Source: Utricularia gibba (taxonomy: Eukaryota; Plantae; Magnoliophyta). Taken from it: a DNA stretch of 64,000 nt. Position numbers and translations under genes: made by a program. The notes below the pieces were generated by a model. It saw nothing but the letters and a program-made list of their open reading frames with translations, was not told the origin of the DNA and searched no databases. Location of the stretch: positions 868,001 to 932,000 of the forward strand of contig CM007991.1 of NCBI GenBank assembly GCA_002189035.1, read 5' to 3'. Positions 35,789-46,564 of the stretch are shown here, in pieces; within the stretch, counting starts at the first letter, position 1; the number at the start of each line of letters is the position of its first letter.

Positions 35789-37195
35789 TTAATACGACCA
35801 CTCCTGTGGGAGCCGGAGGTCCTGGCACGTCGCCGGCGGGAAGCTTCGCAGATTTGGTATGTTGTTGACACGCGTGTCCGGATGAGGGTCTGAAACGAAC
35901 ATGTGGGGTGAATAAATGAGGGTTAGGGAGGGATTAGTGGCTAATCACGTACCAGAGTGTGCGGCCGTAGTTGGGTTCAGTTTTCCAGAAAGAAGACGCC
36001 CAGCTGCAGAGCGAACATTAAGAATGATTTACAGAGATGACAACGATGGATGGTAGCTAGAAAGAAAAGAATGAGGCCCATGTGATACTGTGGCCCGTGT
36101 AATAACTCAGAGCATTAATGGCAGAATGAGAAGCAGCACAACTGCATTAATTTTTTTAATAATTAGGTGTAGCAGTTAATGGACCTGGTTTCTTGCGGCT
36201 TTCACTAGCCGGAGGACCGGCGGTGGCGTTGCGACGAGGGAAGAAGACGCCGGTTCCATTTCGTTCCTTTTTCACCCCGGCGTTTTCTGCGGGAAAGGCG
36301 TTTATGTTGACCCGCCGTTGCTGCGCTGATTGCTGCAAACATGGCCACGTTTCCGGTAATCTCGCGGCGGATAACGGTGTGGAACTGTTTTGGAAGTGAA
36401 ATTCCGGTGACCATTTCGCTAGGATTCTTCTTTTCATCACATGTTGCAGTTGCAACTGCTTCATCCGCTGAAACTGCAGGGATGAAAAGGTAGGTTAGAT
36501 GATGAACCCCAATCTAATTTGGGCTAGAAGAGAAGGTGAAATGGGGATTACGTACTTGGGCTGCTTGTAACTGCAAATAGGCAAGGCGAGCGTCGTTTTG
36601 AGATTTCACAAGGTAAAACGAAGGAACTGGGCAGGCATTTCTCGACGGCAGCGTCGGTTTCTGCGGCTTGGGTATACATTTCCGAGACTGAATCCACGCC
36701 ATTTCTTCAGCCACTTTCATTCTCGCAAATTCCTCGGCCGCCTGGTACAATAAATCCCACCCGACGGCGGGTTCTTCTTCCGTTGGAGAAGCAACGGTAT
36801 TGAAGCCGTAACCGGAAAGCGCAGATTGCGGGGACCCGTACAATTTCCGTCCCTGAAGCAAAAATAAAAACAGAGAAGTTACGAAACGCCATTCCTCGGA
36901 AAAACAAAATATCCCTGTGAATGAAAATCAAAACCTTCGCAGGGTGCAAATCAGCGGACTGCAACGACGGTTTGCGCAAACACCGCGCCATTCCAGAGAC
37001 ATATTCCTCTTCCTCGCTGTCGCTCTCAGTATACCCATTCGGAGACTCAACCGGGGAACTCAGATCCGAGTTAAACCCACATCGCGGCTGAGCCCTAAAT
37101 GCGTGACTTCCATAATCCATCAAAAGATCGTCGTCCGTCAAAAACTCCGACGGCAGCCAGAACTCGTCCTCATCAAGCTTCTTCTGCTGCGCCAT
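35789..37195 (-). CDS. Plant-specific uncharacterised protein (At3g54000-like, from memory), five exons
   Basis: N-terminus DEDEFWLPSEFLTDDD, SSPVES, GSPQSAL, WDLLYQAAEEFARMK, KERNGTGVFFPRR, and the family C-terminus LRLPQEWSY* (TAA 35789-35791). Confidence 0.9.
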
Positions 37196-39589
37196 CACAC
37201 AGGATGATGGAGATAAACACCAATTATGGCCCTCTTTTATAAAGCGATAAAGCTCTTGCGGCTTGTCGAAGGCAAAATCATGGGTGCTCGTTTCTATCGG
37301 AAAGATCTCCAAGGGCCCCAAGCGCGCTAACGTTTGCGGAGGGGGAGCGCGGGCGAGATAGGGAGAGGGGATAGCTCTGGAGTTGAGTTATAAAAGAAAT
37401 CATTTACGACTGAGGAAGATGCAGATGGCACACTCGCGCTGGCGGCGAGTGGCGACCACGCGTGACGGCAAAAATTACAATTATTTCGAGAACCGCCCTT
37501 TCTTCTCCCAGGCGACCTATCCTAAATTTATTTAAGGATATTTTTATTACTTATTTTACTAACGCCAGCTGGCACCCCGCTCACAGCTGGAATTTTTTAA
37601 TACAATAATGTGAAAATTATATAAAAAGCTTAAAATTTAACATTTTGAAAAAAAAAGGTTAATTTTTATTTTTTAATTTAAATTGCATCACTAATTGATA
37701 AAATCAATCCTACAAGTTTCGTGAGTAAAGTATAATTAATTTTAAAGTTTTATATTTTATTTTACATTATTAAAAATATCGATTATAGTTAATCTTCTAC
37801 TATTTAAAAATTATACATGATTAATCAATTACTATTTTTTTAATAATTAAACCTTAATAGTATCAATTATTTCGATAATTCTTTATGTCAAGTTGATGAT
37901 CAAATAAAATATTGAGAATCATTTTGACATTTTGTTTAAATAATGAGGGTTCATTTATTAATGTTTAAAATAATATATATAAATATTAAAATAACAAAGG
38001 TCACATTTATAATTTTTACAAATAATGGAACCAAGCCTCCAAAGCAAAAAGTCACATGTGAATAGCGGATTCCCAAGCAAAAACAGTTGGAGCGGGTTTA
38101 CCGGAAGTGGGATCGGCACTCCGACACCCGTCTCTTGTCTGTCTGGCACGTGATAGGCGGTGGTGGTGCTGGGGCCAGGCCTGGCCTGCCATGGGACCCA
38201 CGTACTCTCGCCAGGTGGTGGATGTCGTCTCTGCACGTTGCCTCCGGCGTGCAACTGCGGCGGTGGTTCTTCTCCAGTTTGGCGATTTTGTGTTTCTTTA
38301 GCTGTAGCTGGTGTACGGTAGCATCATTGTGCTCTCCGTGTGAAGTGAACATTTTGAGTGGATGCTGAGCACCGGGACGAGCTTTCGGGGAAGATGAGAG
38401 TTCACTGCTTCTCCTCTGAAACGAGACATTGTACGGTCAAAATGGTGGGCACAGGCGTGGATCAGGTAAGCAGAAGGGGCCCCGAGGCGTGTTCCAATCC
38501 AATCCTCATTGGATGCGCCAGCCTCAGAGAATCCCACACCAATGGAATCCTGATCCTGATCTTGCCACCAGCCGTCTTGGTCAAAATGTGGGTGGGTCTC
38601 GCCATCTTCCGCACCTCCGCATCTTGCCCCCGGAAACAAAACAAGTGACCCACCCCAACCGAACCCATCCCTGTGGAGTTGTTAAATGCACAGAACAGCT
38701 CCTCCACCTATAAACGTGGATTAATTTAATTAGATCGTTCATTTGTTTGAATTTATAGCGCCACCCGCAATGAATTCTCGAAATTCCCTTTCACCAGCAG
38801 GCCCCGGTACGGCGGCGCGTGGCTACTGTCTCCTTTTCTTTTCGTTTATCGTGAGGATGACCGCGGCGACGCTGGTTTTTAGCGGTTCGACTTTTTCCCG
38901 CCATATCTTCCCGCCGGAATCGCATGTGATGAAATTTATTAGCCAGCCCCCCAAAGCTACCCGAAATTGAAGAACTTGGAGGGTGAATTCATGGACATGG
39001 GCAGCAGCACATTATGTTCTCATGAACATAACGAACTTTGCCTACAAATTCGTGTAAATGATTTTTTGAAATAAATATAATATATTCCGATGAAATGAAG
39101 CATTTTCAAGCATATAATTACTGCGCTAAATGATTATTAAAGTGGTGAAAAATCATAACCCGTAATTAATCGAATTTAATTCCATTAATATGATAAATGA
39201 TTCATTAGCAAATGGATTACATCATGGTTAAACACTCTTGGTGGCGCAATTAAGGAAAAAAATTGGGCCCACCGGCTGACTGAATGGGATTACCTATGTA
39301 TTTTCTTCATTAATTAATATTGTCCGTTTTTACCTTTCCAATAAAGCAGAATTATTTTCCACCGACTTCAAAATGAGATGGGCCTACTGCCGGGTCGTAG
39401 TGGGCCGGCATGAAAATGGCGTAGCAGGTGGAGCCCAGCCCGAACTCATTTAAACCCAATTAGACAGTTCCCGAATCCCGACAAAAACCAGTCCGGATCA
39501 AAATTCCCGATTTCAAAACACGACTTTCCAGGATTCGATTCCCAAACCCCGCAGACATCTTTCTGGTCGGTGTTCTTTGTCCGGAAGCG

Positions 39590-40505
39590 ATGACAAATAC
39601 GACAAGGGAGACCGGAAAATGCTTTGCCGATGCACCGTCTTTTTTTACATCACGTCATTTACAGCCGGCGGGAGTGTGTGGTCTATGGGTTTAACTCAGC
39701 CCAACGTCTTGAGCCGCCGGAAAGTATCCGGCCATGTGGGTCAGTTTCCCCCTTCAAATTGATGCAATCTTGGGGATTTGGCCTTTATGGAGTCCTTAGA
39801 AAACTGATCAAGTGGAGAGGCCATTGGAGACCCGAGTGGTGTCAGCTATGGCGTGTTTTGTAGCGACATATGGATATAGGCAAAGGGCCAAGACAGGCAA
39901 ACAAGACGTGGGTTGAGATATTTTGTGATTCGAGAACCAAACTTTGAATCGGGATGTCGTGTAAATGGAATAATCCACCATCAAATGGAGATTCTCGGAG
40001 CATGTCAAGTTGCAGAACGTGCGCCCCACAGTCTGCCATCTTCTCCAGCATTCCATGAGCCACGATAGGGATGCCATGAAGAAATCCATACATCATGCAC
40101 CCCCACCGGAATCAATTCCTTCTCGGTCCCCATCATTTTGTACTTGGCATTGCATCTTGTTCCTAGTACAATACACACAGCAACTGGGAGGCGCAGACGC
40201 AGAAATGCATGTTGAAGGACTGATGAATTACATGATTTTTTGAGTGGAATGTTCATGTTCAGGCTCATCCACTATACATGTGTCGATTTACTTGGACTCA
40301 GGAAAAATGGGAAGTCTTCAAACATTCCATGATCACGAAGGAAGAAAGGTACACAGAGGGAAGCACAAGAAGCCGTAGAGCGGATCCTTATTCTACTTAT
40401 CGCATGACACGCAGTTCCGTTTGGATTTACTGGGTCTGCGTAAAATACATGGACCTTAAGAAGCTTCTTCGATCCTCGTCCGTGGTGTTCCATCTGCAAC
40501 TTCAT
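39590..40505 (+). pseudogene. Heavily decayed PLS-class PPR gene remnant
   Basis: Fragments in different frames: FESGCRVNGI..ILGAC (39943-40004), IHYTCVDLLG (40267-40296), EAQEAVERI (40360), LLGLRKIHG (40427-40453), matching PPR/E-domain consensus. Many stops. Site II elements upstream at about 39260-39430. Confidence 0.6.
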
Positions 40506-40596
40506 TAGCTACGGCAAATATGGAATCTGCAAAGAACAGGCCACATGACCGAAAACGCATAAAAAAACAAAAGCTTACCACCAAGTAGGTGACATT

Positions 40597-41491
40597 CTAG
40601 TAGTAAAGTGACCCTGCAAAGCAAGGAAAAATAGCACTTTGAGCTTCGAACTTTTTTTTTCTGTGCAATAACAATACTTGTGGTCCAGTCTATCACGGTG
40701 AATCAGACCGGTTCGTTTTCGAAGATGACTCATTTCACATACCCTGCCACCAGTTTCCTCTGGAAGCACCATCCTGCTCTTCTCCACCACCAGCGTCCTT
40801 CTGCATCTGTTCACAGTATGCACTATTCATTTGGTAATTGTTTCTAAAGTGAACACAAATGAATTGATGCTGCATTTTTGTATGTACAAAGATGAAAGAG
40901 GCGAATTCTGACTGGTTTTTGTCCAGGTTTTTTTTGGGTGGCCTCCGGCTGAAAGTAGACATCTTGAGCACCATAATATATCGAAGAGCCGTACTGATGC
41001 GGCTTCTCCTTTCCCTCATCAAACATCTCCTTCGTCGAAATCCGTTCGTTGCCACGTTCAACACCTGTAAGTTTCCCCGTAGAGAAGCATGTCAAAAGTT
41101 GTCAGCAAAGAAGCACTTCACAACTACACGAAAGATGGGTCAATATATTTCGGGATTTCACGGATCGTTGTAGAGGGAAGGATGTTGTGAGTTGGGTATG
41201 GAATATGGATGATCATAACATAAGAACTTGCACAAAATCACAACCTGAAACACCGGACTCTTCATGCCCAGATCCATTTTTCTTGTCCAGTGACTGCTGC
41301 TGTCCCTACAAAACAGCAACCCCAATGCATGTAACAACAACCGAATAAACAAAACAGAGGAATCGGTTAACTCTGTCCACCGTTTCAGGAGGAAAGATCG
41401 TAGACAGAAACCCTGAAGACGAGATAGGCTTAGACCCAAAGAGATCTGAAGCAAGCGAAGATTCCGGCTTCATCTTCTTTCCTCCTTCCAT
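40597..41491 (-). CDS. SIS (salt-induced serine-rich)-like small protein, multi-exon
   Basis: MEGGKK..SSLASDLFGSK..SSGFLSTIFPP, PHQYGSSIYYGAQDVY, ASRGNWWQG|SLYY* (family-diagnostic C-terminus). Confidence 0.9.
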
Positions 41492-42990
41492 ATTCACTGA
41501 ACCCACCCCACAATTTCCTTCTGTATGATCGGGAGGAACAGAACAACCCCAAAACCTCCTTATATACACGTCCCACCGCCACCACTTGACGTGATTCACC
41601 TAAAAACCATTTAAAAAAAGAAAAGCAAAATGCTGCTCTTAAGCTATTCACGTGAATGTTCTTCAGGATACACACACCCAGAAAAAGAAAAAGGCGAGGT
41701 TTTTATTTCCCAGAAGACGGTGGTAACACAGTGAAAATGTACACACTCTTGCTTTGTTTTTCCAGGAAAAAGAACAGCAGGTCATATATGAACTTGAAAG
41801 AAAAGTGGGTAAAAAGGAGGCCAGTTTTCAGTTACAGTTAAAGGAGGCGTTGTTGCTGTGGGCAGTTATAACGGATTTATGGACGTGAATGAGACCATGA
41901 TGCGACAATTGTCGGAACTCTATTATTGGTCCGCTATACCCTTTTTCTCAATCCTCTATTTTTTCCCCTTTATAGAAATTAAATTCATAATCCAATGTTT
42001 TAGAATTGGTCCATTAACATAATAATTGAACCCATTACTTAATTTTTAAGATTCAATTAATTTGATTATTTAATTGGAGAGATGGCCCAATATTTTTTTA
42101 TTATAACATATAAAAAAAACCGGTGTCCCATTACTTCAATTTTGGAATCCAAATGGATAATTAATTAATCAAAGGAAGAAATACACGTGGTGTGCTCCCA
42201 TTGGGCCACACGTACTCATCATTTTCTTTTATATTCTTTCCTATCCTATCCTCCATTTTATATTCTTTGCTATCCTTCCTTCTCTTTCATGTCACTCATG
42301 AAATCATGAAAAATAGGTCACTTATATATCTTGTCTATCTCTTAACATATATGTGAAAAAATTGATGCTGTTGAATATTAATTTTTTGTTGAAAGAAAAA
42401 ATAAAAACATGTAGATTTATAAATTATTCATGAAAAAGAATAGATTTTTTTTTTTTTTATGATGGCATGAAACTCGTTATTTGTCGAGTTTTCCCCGACC
42501 TTTAGGATCGACTAACTCATGCACAAATATCTTTCATCTGGAACTCTTTCCCTTTTCACTTTCAAAATTCTCATTTGAATATTTACTATTACCACCAAGA
42601 TCCGTACCAATGACCACTATATGGGCCAGCCCACTAAACATCTACCATACGAAAGGCCCATATTAGAGCCCAATATTCTTGGCTGCTTCAAAATCCTTTC
42701 TGTTTCACCTTCACATAGCTCTGCGTTTTTTTTTCTCTCTTGATTTGTAATAAAAAATGAAATTTTGAGCTTTGGTGGAATAACGACAGCTGGAACTGGC
42801 AGTTACTCTTTTGGATCTTGTCAGAAAGCAAGGAAACCAGTGGTTCAAAAGAACTGCTACCTTTCCCTGTTTCTGACTACAAGACTCTGCATCAATTGAT
42901 CATGTAATGCATTGACTACCCTGATTCTTGAAGAATGGTTTTCAATGGTAGGAGGAGTTTTACAGTTGAAAGAGCCTGCCGAGAAGAAGA

Positions 42991-43749
42991 TCACTTGGAT
43001 CGGATCAAGAAGATGCTGAGTTCTTGTCCTGGTGCGTCTTCGGGGTTGATCAGATGAAACGATTCAGAATCAGCGTTGCTCACAACGAACTCGTAATTAG
43101 CTCTCATGTACATGATCTGCTCCGGGCCGCAACCGCCGGGGATGACGCCCGCGCCGACGGTTGTATTCTGCATAGTCCTTAGTACCATTTTCATCTGGGC
43201 GTTGGCCTTGCGACGCACGGCGATCCCGAGTCTTTTCCCATTGCAGAAGAGCGTCCAAATCGGAACAGAGTGCAGGTGGCAACCGCCGAGCTCCGACTCC
43301 GCGGCGTTGAATTCCAGAGAAATCCTCACGATTCCGCATTGCATTTCGTGGATCAGCGTCGTTGTGGGTATCGAGAGTTCGAGAAGCAGCGACGGTTTCC
43401 GTGTGAGGCGATGCTGCTGGACGCAGAACCAGATATGGCCGCCTCTGCGAGGGCCGAAGATTGTCCCGATGACCATCGTCCGGGAGGCACGAGGCGGCGC
43501 GGATGGGAATCGTGCGGGCGGAGATGCGACGGAGGAGGCGGTTTCAAGGTGGTGAACCTCGATCGGGATTTTCGGTTGCGCGCAGATTGATTTTCTGGGT
43601 GGTTGTTCTTCAAGATCCACGCGGAGGGATGCGCTGAGGCGATTCTTGATGGGGGGCGATGGCGTCTGGCCGGCGGCGGCGGCGGCATCTGCGGTTTTGG
43701 TGGGATGGAGGCAGGGGAATAAGCGACGGAGGGCGTCGATCGTCTTCAT
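42991..43749 (-). CDS. DUF617 / MIZU-KUSSEI 1-like protein, intronless
   Basis: VIGTIFGPRRGGHIWFCVQ, LLLELSIPT, EMQCGIVRISLE, WTLFCNGKRLG, TTVGAGVIP, YMRANYEFVVSNADSESFHLINP, GQELSIFLIRS. Confidence 0.95.
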   Translation of the reverse strand: MKTIDALRRLFPCLHPTKTADAAAAAGQTPSPPIKNRLSASLRVDLEEQPPRKSICAQPKIPIEVHHLETASSVASPPARFPSAPPRASRTMVIGTIFGPRRGGHIWFCVQQHRLTRKPSLLLELSIPTTTLIHEMQCGIVRISLEFNAAESELGGCHLHSVPIWTLFCNGKRLGIAVRRKANAQMKMVLRTMQNTTVGAGVIPGGCGPEQIMYMRANYEFVVSNADSESFHLINPEDAPGQELSIFLIRSK

Positions 43750-43929
43750 CGGTCTGAGTAAATGAGAAGCGCGACGAGAGTGAAGGCATAAATAACTATA
43801 TAATAAATTAATTAAATAAAAAAATTATTAGCGGGAAGTTCAAGTGGAGCTGGGGGCGATGCAGAGTAGACCAAAATACCCCATTGCTTTTATAATTAAT
43901 TTAGTATCTGATGAATAATTCATCAGATT

Positions 43930-44003
43930 GTCTGGGTGGTGTAGTTGGTTATCACGCTAGTCTCACACACTAGAGGTCCCCGGTTCGAACCCGGGCTCAG
44001 ACA
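43930..44003 (+). tRNA. trnV-CAC: tRNA-Val (anticodon CAC), intronless
   Basis: Acceptor stem GTCTGGG/CTCAGAC plus discriminator A. Anticodon arm CTAGT-CTCACAC-ACTAG. T-loop GTTCGAAC. T5 Pol III terminator about 17 nt downstream. Confidence 0.98.
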
Positions 44004-44528
44004 TCTCTCGATATCTCCCTTTTTGTATAAGGGGAAAAATAAAATAAACAGACTCATTTATATTGTAGTGATGTGGTAGAGGTTTGTGGGGTAATGTGGG
44101 CGAAGTTTTCAGTTTTCGGGGTTTTTTCCATCTCATCTATTCTTTTTGCTGGGGATGGGGACGTTATTCGCATGGGATGGTTAAACAAATCAAGAAATCA
44201 AATGAGGAGTAGGCGAGGGAGCAAGTTGAGTTGACACCAACTGACAACAAGCTCAGGTGCCAAACCAGACAACAGATGAAAAGATGCCTGAATTGATCTA
44301 CAAAAGGACCACCCCGGCCCCCTCCTCGAATAATCCACCTCCAATTTTGTGTTCTTTAGTTTCTCGTTGGTATTCGCCGCGAGACCAGTTCCTTTTTCTG
44401 GGTTTTTATTTTTTGTAAATATTTTGGGGGGATTCCATGGCTGGTGGTATGTGAAGTCTGTAATGTTCAAGATTTTGGGTTTTTAGGGGTTTGAAGAAGG
44501 GCCCTTATAGAGAAAAGGGTTCCTCGAG

Positions 44529-45739
44529 ATGAAGGATTTGTTGGGATCTCCTGGAAGTGTCACTGGATTGCTCTTAAGAATTGCGCAGTCCTTATTTGCA
44601 GCTGCTTCTATTGGAGCTATGATTTCGGCGACTGGATTCTCCAACTTCACCGCATTTTGGTACTTCTAAGTTCACTATTGCTTCTACCGTGTCCCACTTT
44701 TGGTGTTGGTGTCCGCTGAGGCTTCTGTCTGTCTGGAAGTGTGATGGGGAATGGAGGTTTTTGAAGCATGTTTTACCTAAAATGTTCAACTTCCCTGTTT
44801 TTTTTTTTCACCTTTTCATTATGGTATTCTTGATTTGTTTCGTAGTCTATTTGGTCATCAATTTTGGGCTCGTCTCTATTTTCAGTTTCTTACAAGGTTT
44901 GTTGGAAAAAGGCTTAACTTACATTGCAGTTTCTTTGGAATCCTGTCACTCCTGAAATGATTGTTGATTTATATGGTATAGCCTGTGAATTATGCCCCTC
45001 AGTGGAAGCAAACTGTGACTCTTGCTGGTGGAACAGATTGAGTTTTCGTTTATTTTTGGTAATCATCTTGAGAACCAAGGATGTGTTTGGTTTGCTTCTG
45101 GCACAGAACTAGCCGCAAAAGCGCAACCAAACACATCCTAAGACCTCCCTGCTTTCCAAATGCTTTTGCCACCGCTTTAAATCTCTACTTCTTGCCTTGA
45201 CAATCAGTTGATTGATTGAGTTCATGTCGACAAACGAACATCATGTCCTTGGTTATATAGCGTTTAGCAGCCAATCTACCATTGAACAAACATACCACAA
45301 GGTTGACATCATCCATGTCTGTTTGTGTGCTCAGCTATCTGATTGCATCAATGGGGCTTCAAGCTCTGTGGAGCCTCGGACTTGCCTGCCTGGATCTCTA
45401 CTCTCTATCCACGAAAAGGGACCTCGGGAATCCAGTTCTGGTTAGCCTCTTCGTCGTGGGCGACTGGTACATCTCCTCTTTCCCTCCCCGATTACAAGCT
45501 GAAGTTAATTCAACTCTGAACCATGCTTCAATTCGCAGGTAACTGCGGCATTGTCTTTGGCCGCAGCTTCTTCCTCTGGCGGGATTGCGGTTTTGTATGC
45601 CAAGGACTTGAACTTCTGCACGAGACGAGCGCATCTTCCATGCCTCAGATTCGAGATCTCTGTAGCACTGGCGTTCGCTACATGGTTCTTCACTGCCATT
45701 TCCTCCCATCTAATGCTTTGGATCTTGGCGTCTCTTTGA
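44529..45739 (+). CDS. CASP-like protein, 5B subgroup, three exons
   Basis: [39 protein letters not shown]|[28 protein letters not shown]|[31 protein letters not shown]. The exon-2 donor lacks one G (GACTGGTAC at 45462-45470). Confidence 0.93.
45079..45138. mobile_element. 60-bp Tourist-like (PIF/Harbinger) MITE in CASPL intron 1
   Basis: Perfect 14-bp TIRs GGATGTGTTTGGTT / AACCAAACACATCC. Flanks CAA (left) and TAA (right), consistent with a TAA target-site duplication carrying one mutation. Confidence 0.75.
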
Positions 45740-45859
45740 ACCATTTGTCCAGAAGTTTGCTGACGTTTGTTATGCCAGCAAAACAGGGATTGCTTGTCCC
45801 TCATGAGAAATTTTGAGTGCTTTTTCTTTAATGTTTTACTTTAATTAATAATTTATTTA

Positions 45860-45881
45860 ATATATATATATATATATATAT
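45860..45881. repeat. (AT)11 microsatellite
   Basis: Direct read of the sequence. Confidence 0.95.
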
Positions 45882-46339
45882 TTATAAATACATATTTAAA
45901 AATGTAAAGTGATGGGCGTTGTAACCATATCACAGATTAACAGATGAGAGAGTGAAAGTAATAAAATAAATGAGCCTTTCTAATGTTGCACCGGTCTGAA
46001 TTATTGATCCGAATTCATATCATTGGTGGGATGAGAATGGCTATATTTGAAATAAATGGATAAAAATTAATTTTTTTTATTACGAAAATTCACATGTAAT
46101 AGAAGTTTTGAAAAACATAGTTAATTATTTCAGAATTTCGCGAGTATATCAAACATAGTATAAATTTAAAAATAAAAAAAGATGGCTCTTATTATTCACA
46201 CTTAGATATTACAGGCGTTTGATGAAGACCAAGGGAGGAGCTTTTCGGCCTAAATTTTAGGTCCAAAAGGGCTTCCCATTCAAGACAAACGAATGATTTC
46301 ATGACACGAGAAGCAGTTACCGCAGATGCCGATGGCCGC

Positions 46340-46564
46340 CTAAACCGGCCCCCCGTAAGACGAGCAGATCAAATTCAAGGCGCCGGAGGGCTGGATCACG
46401 GCGGCGTACTGCAACGGCGAACGGAAGGAGAACCCCGCAACAGCGGCGCAGTCGTGCCGGAAAACCTGGGCGCTCTGCGGCGTGATGTAGCCGTTGCTCC
46501 CCTGCGGCGCCCCATATCTGTGATGCATTACCAGCTTGTAGAGAAAGGGGATGAGACCCTCCAT
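46340..46564 (-). CDS. Small plant-specific uncharacterised protein of the MEGLIP-start family
   Basis: 74-aa intronless GC-rich ORF starting MEGLIPFLYK, a recurrent N-terminus of a small plant protein family. TATA-like TTTATAA upstream near 46597. Confidence 0.75.
   Translation of the reverse strand: MEGLIPFLYKLVMHHRYGAPQGSNGYITPQSAQVFRHDCAAVAGFSFRSPLQYAAVIQPSGALNLICSSYGGPV

Noticed and set aside
38920-39030. C/D snoRNA box C (GTGATGA)
   Set aside because: No D box (CTGA) or terminal stem at a suitable distance.
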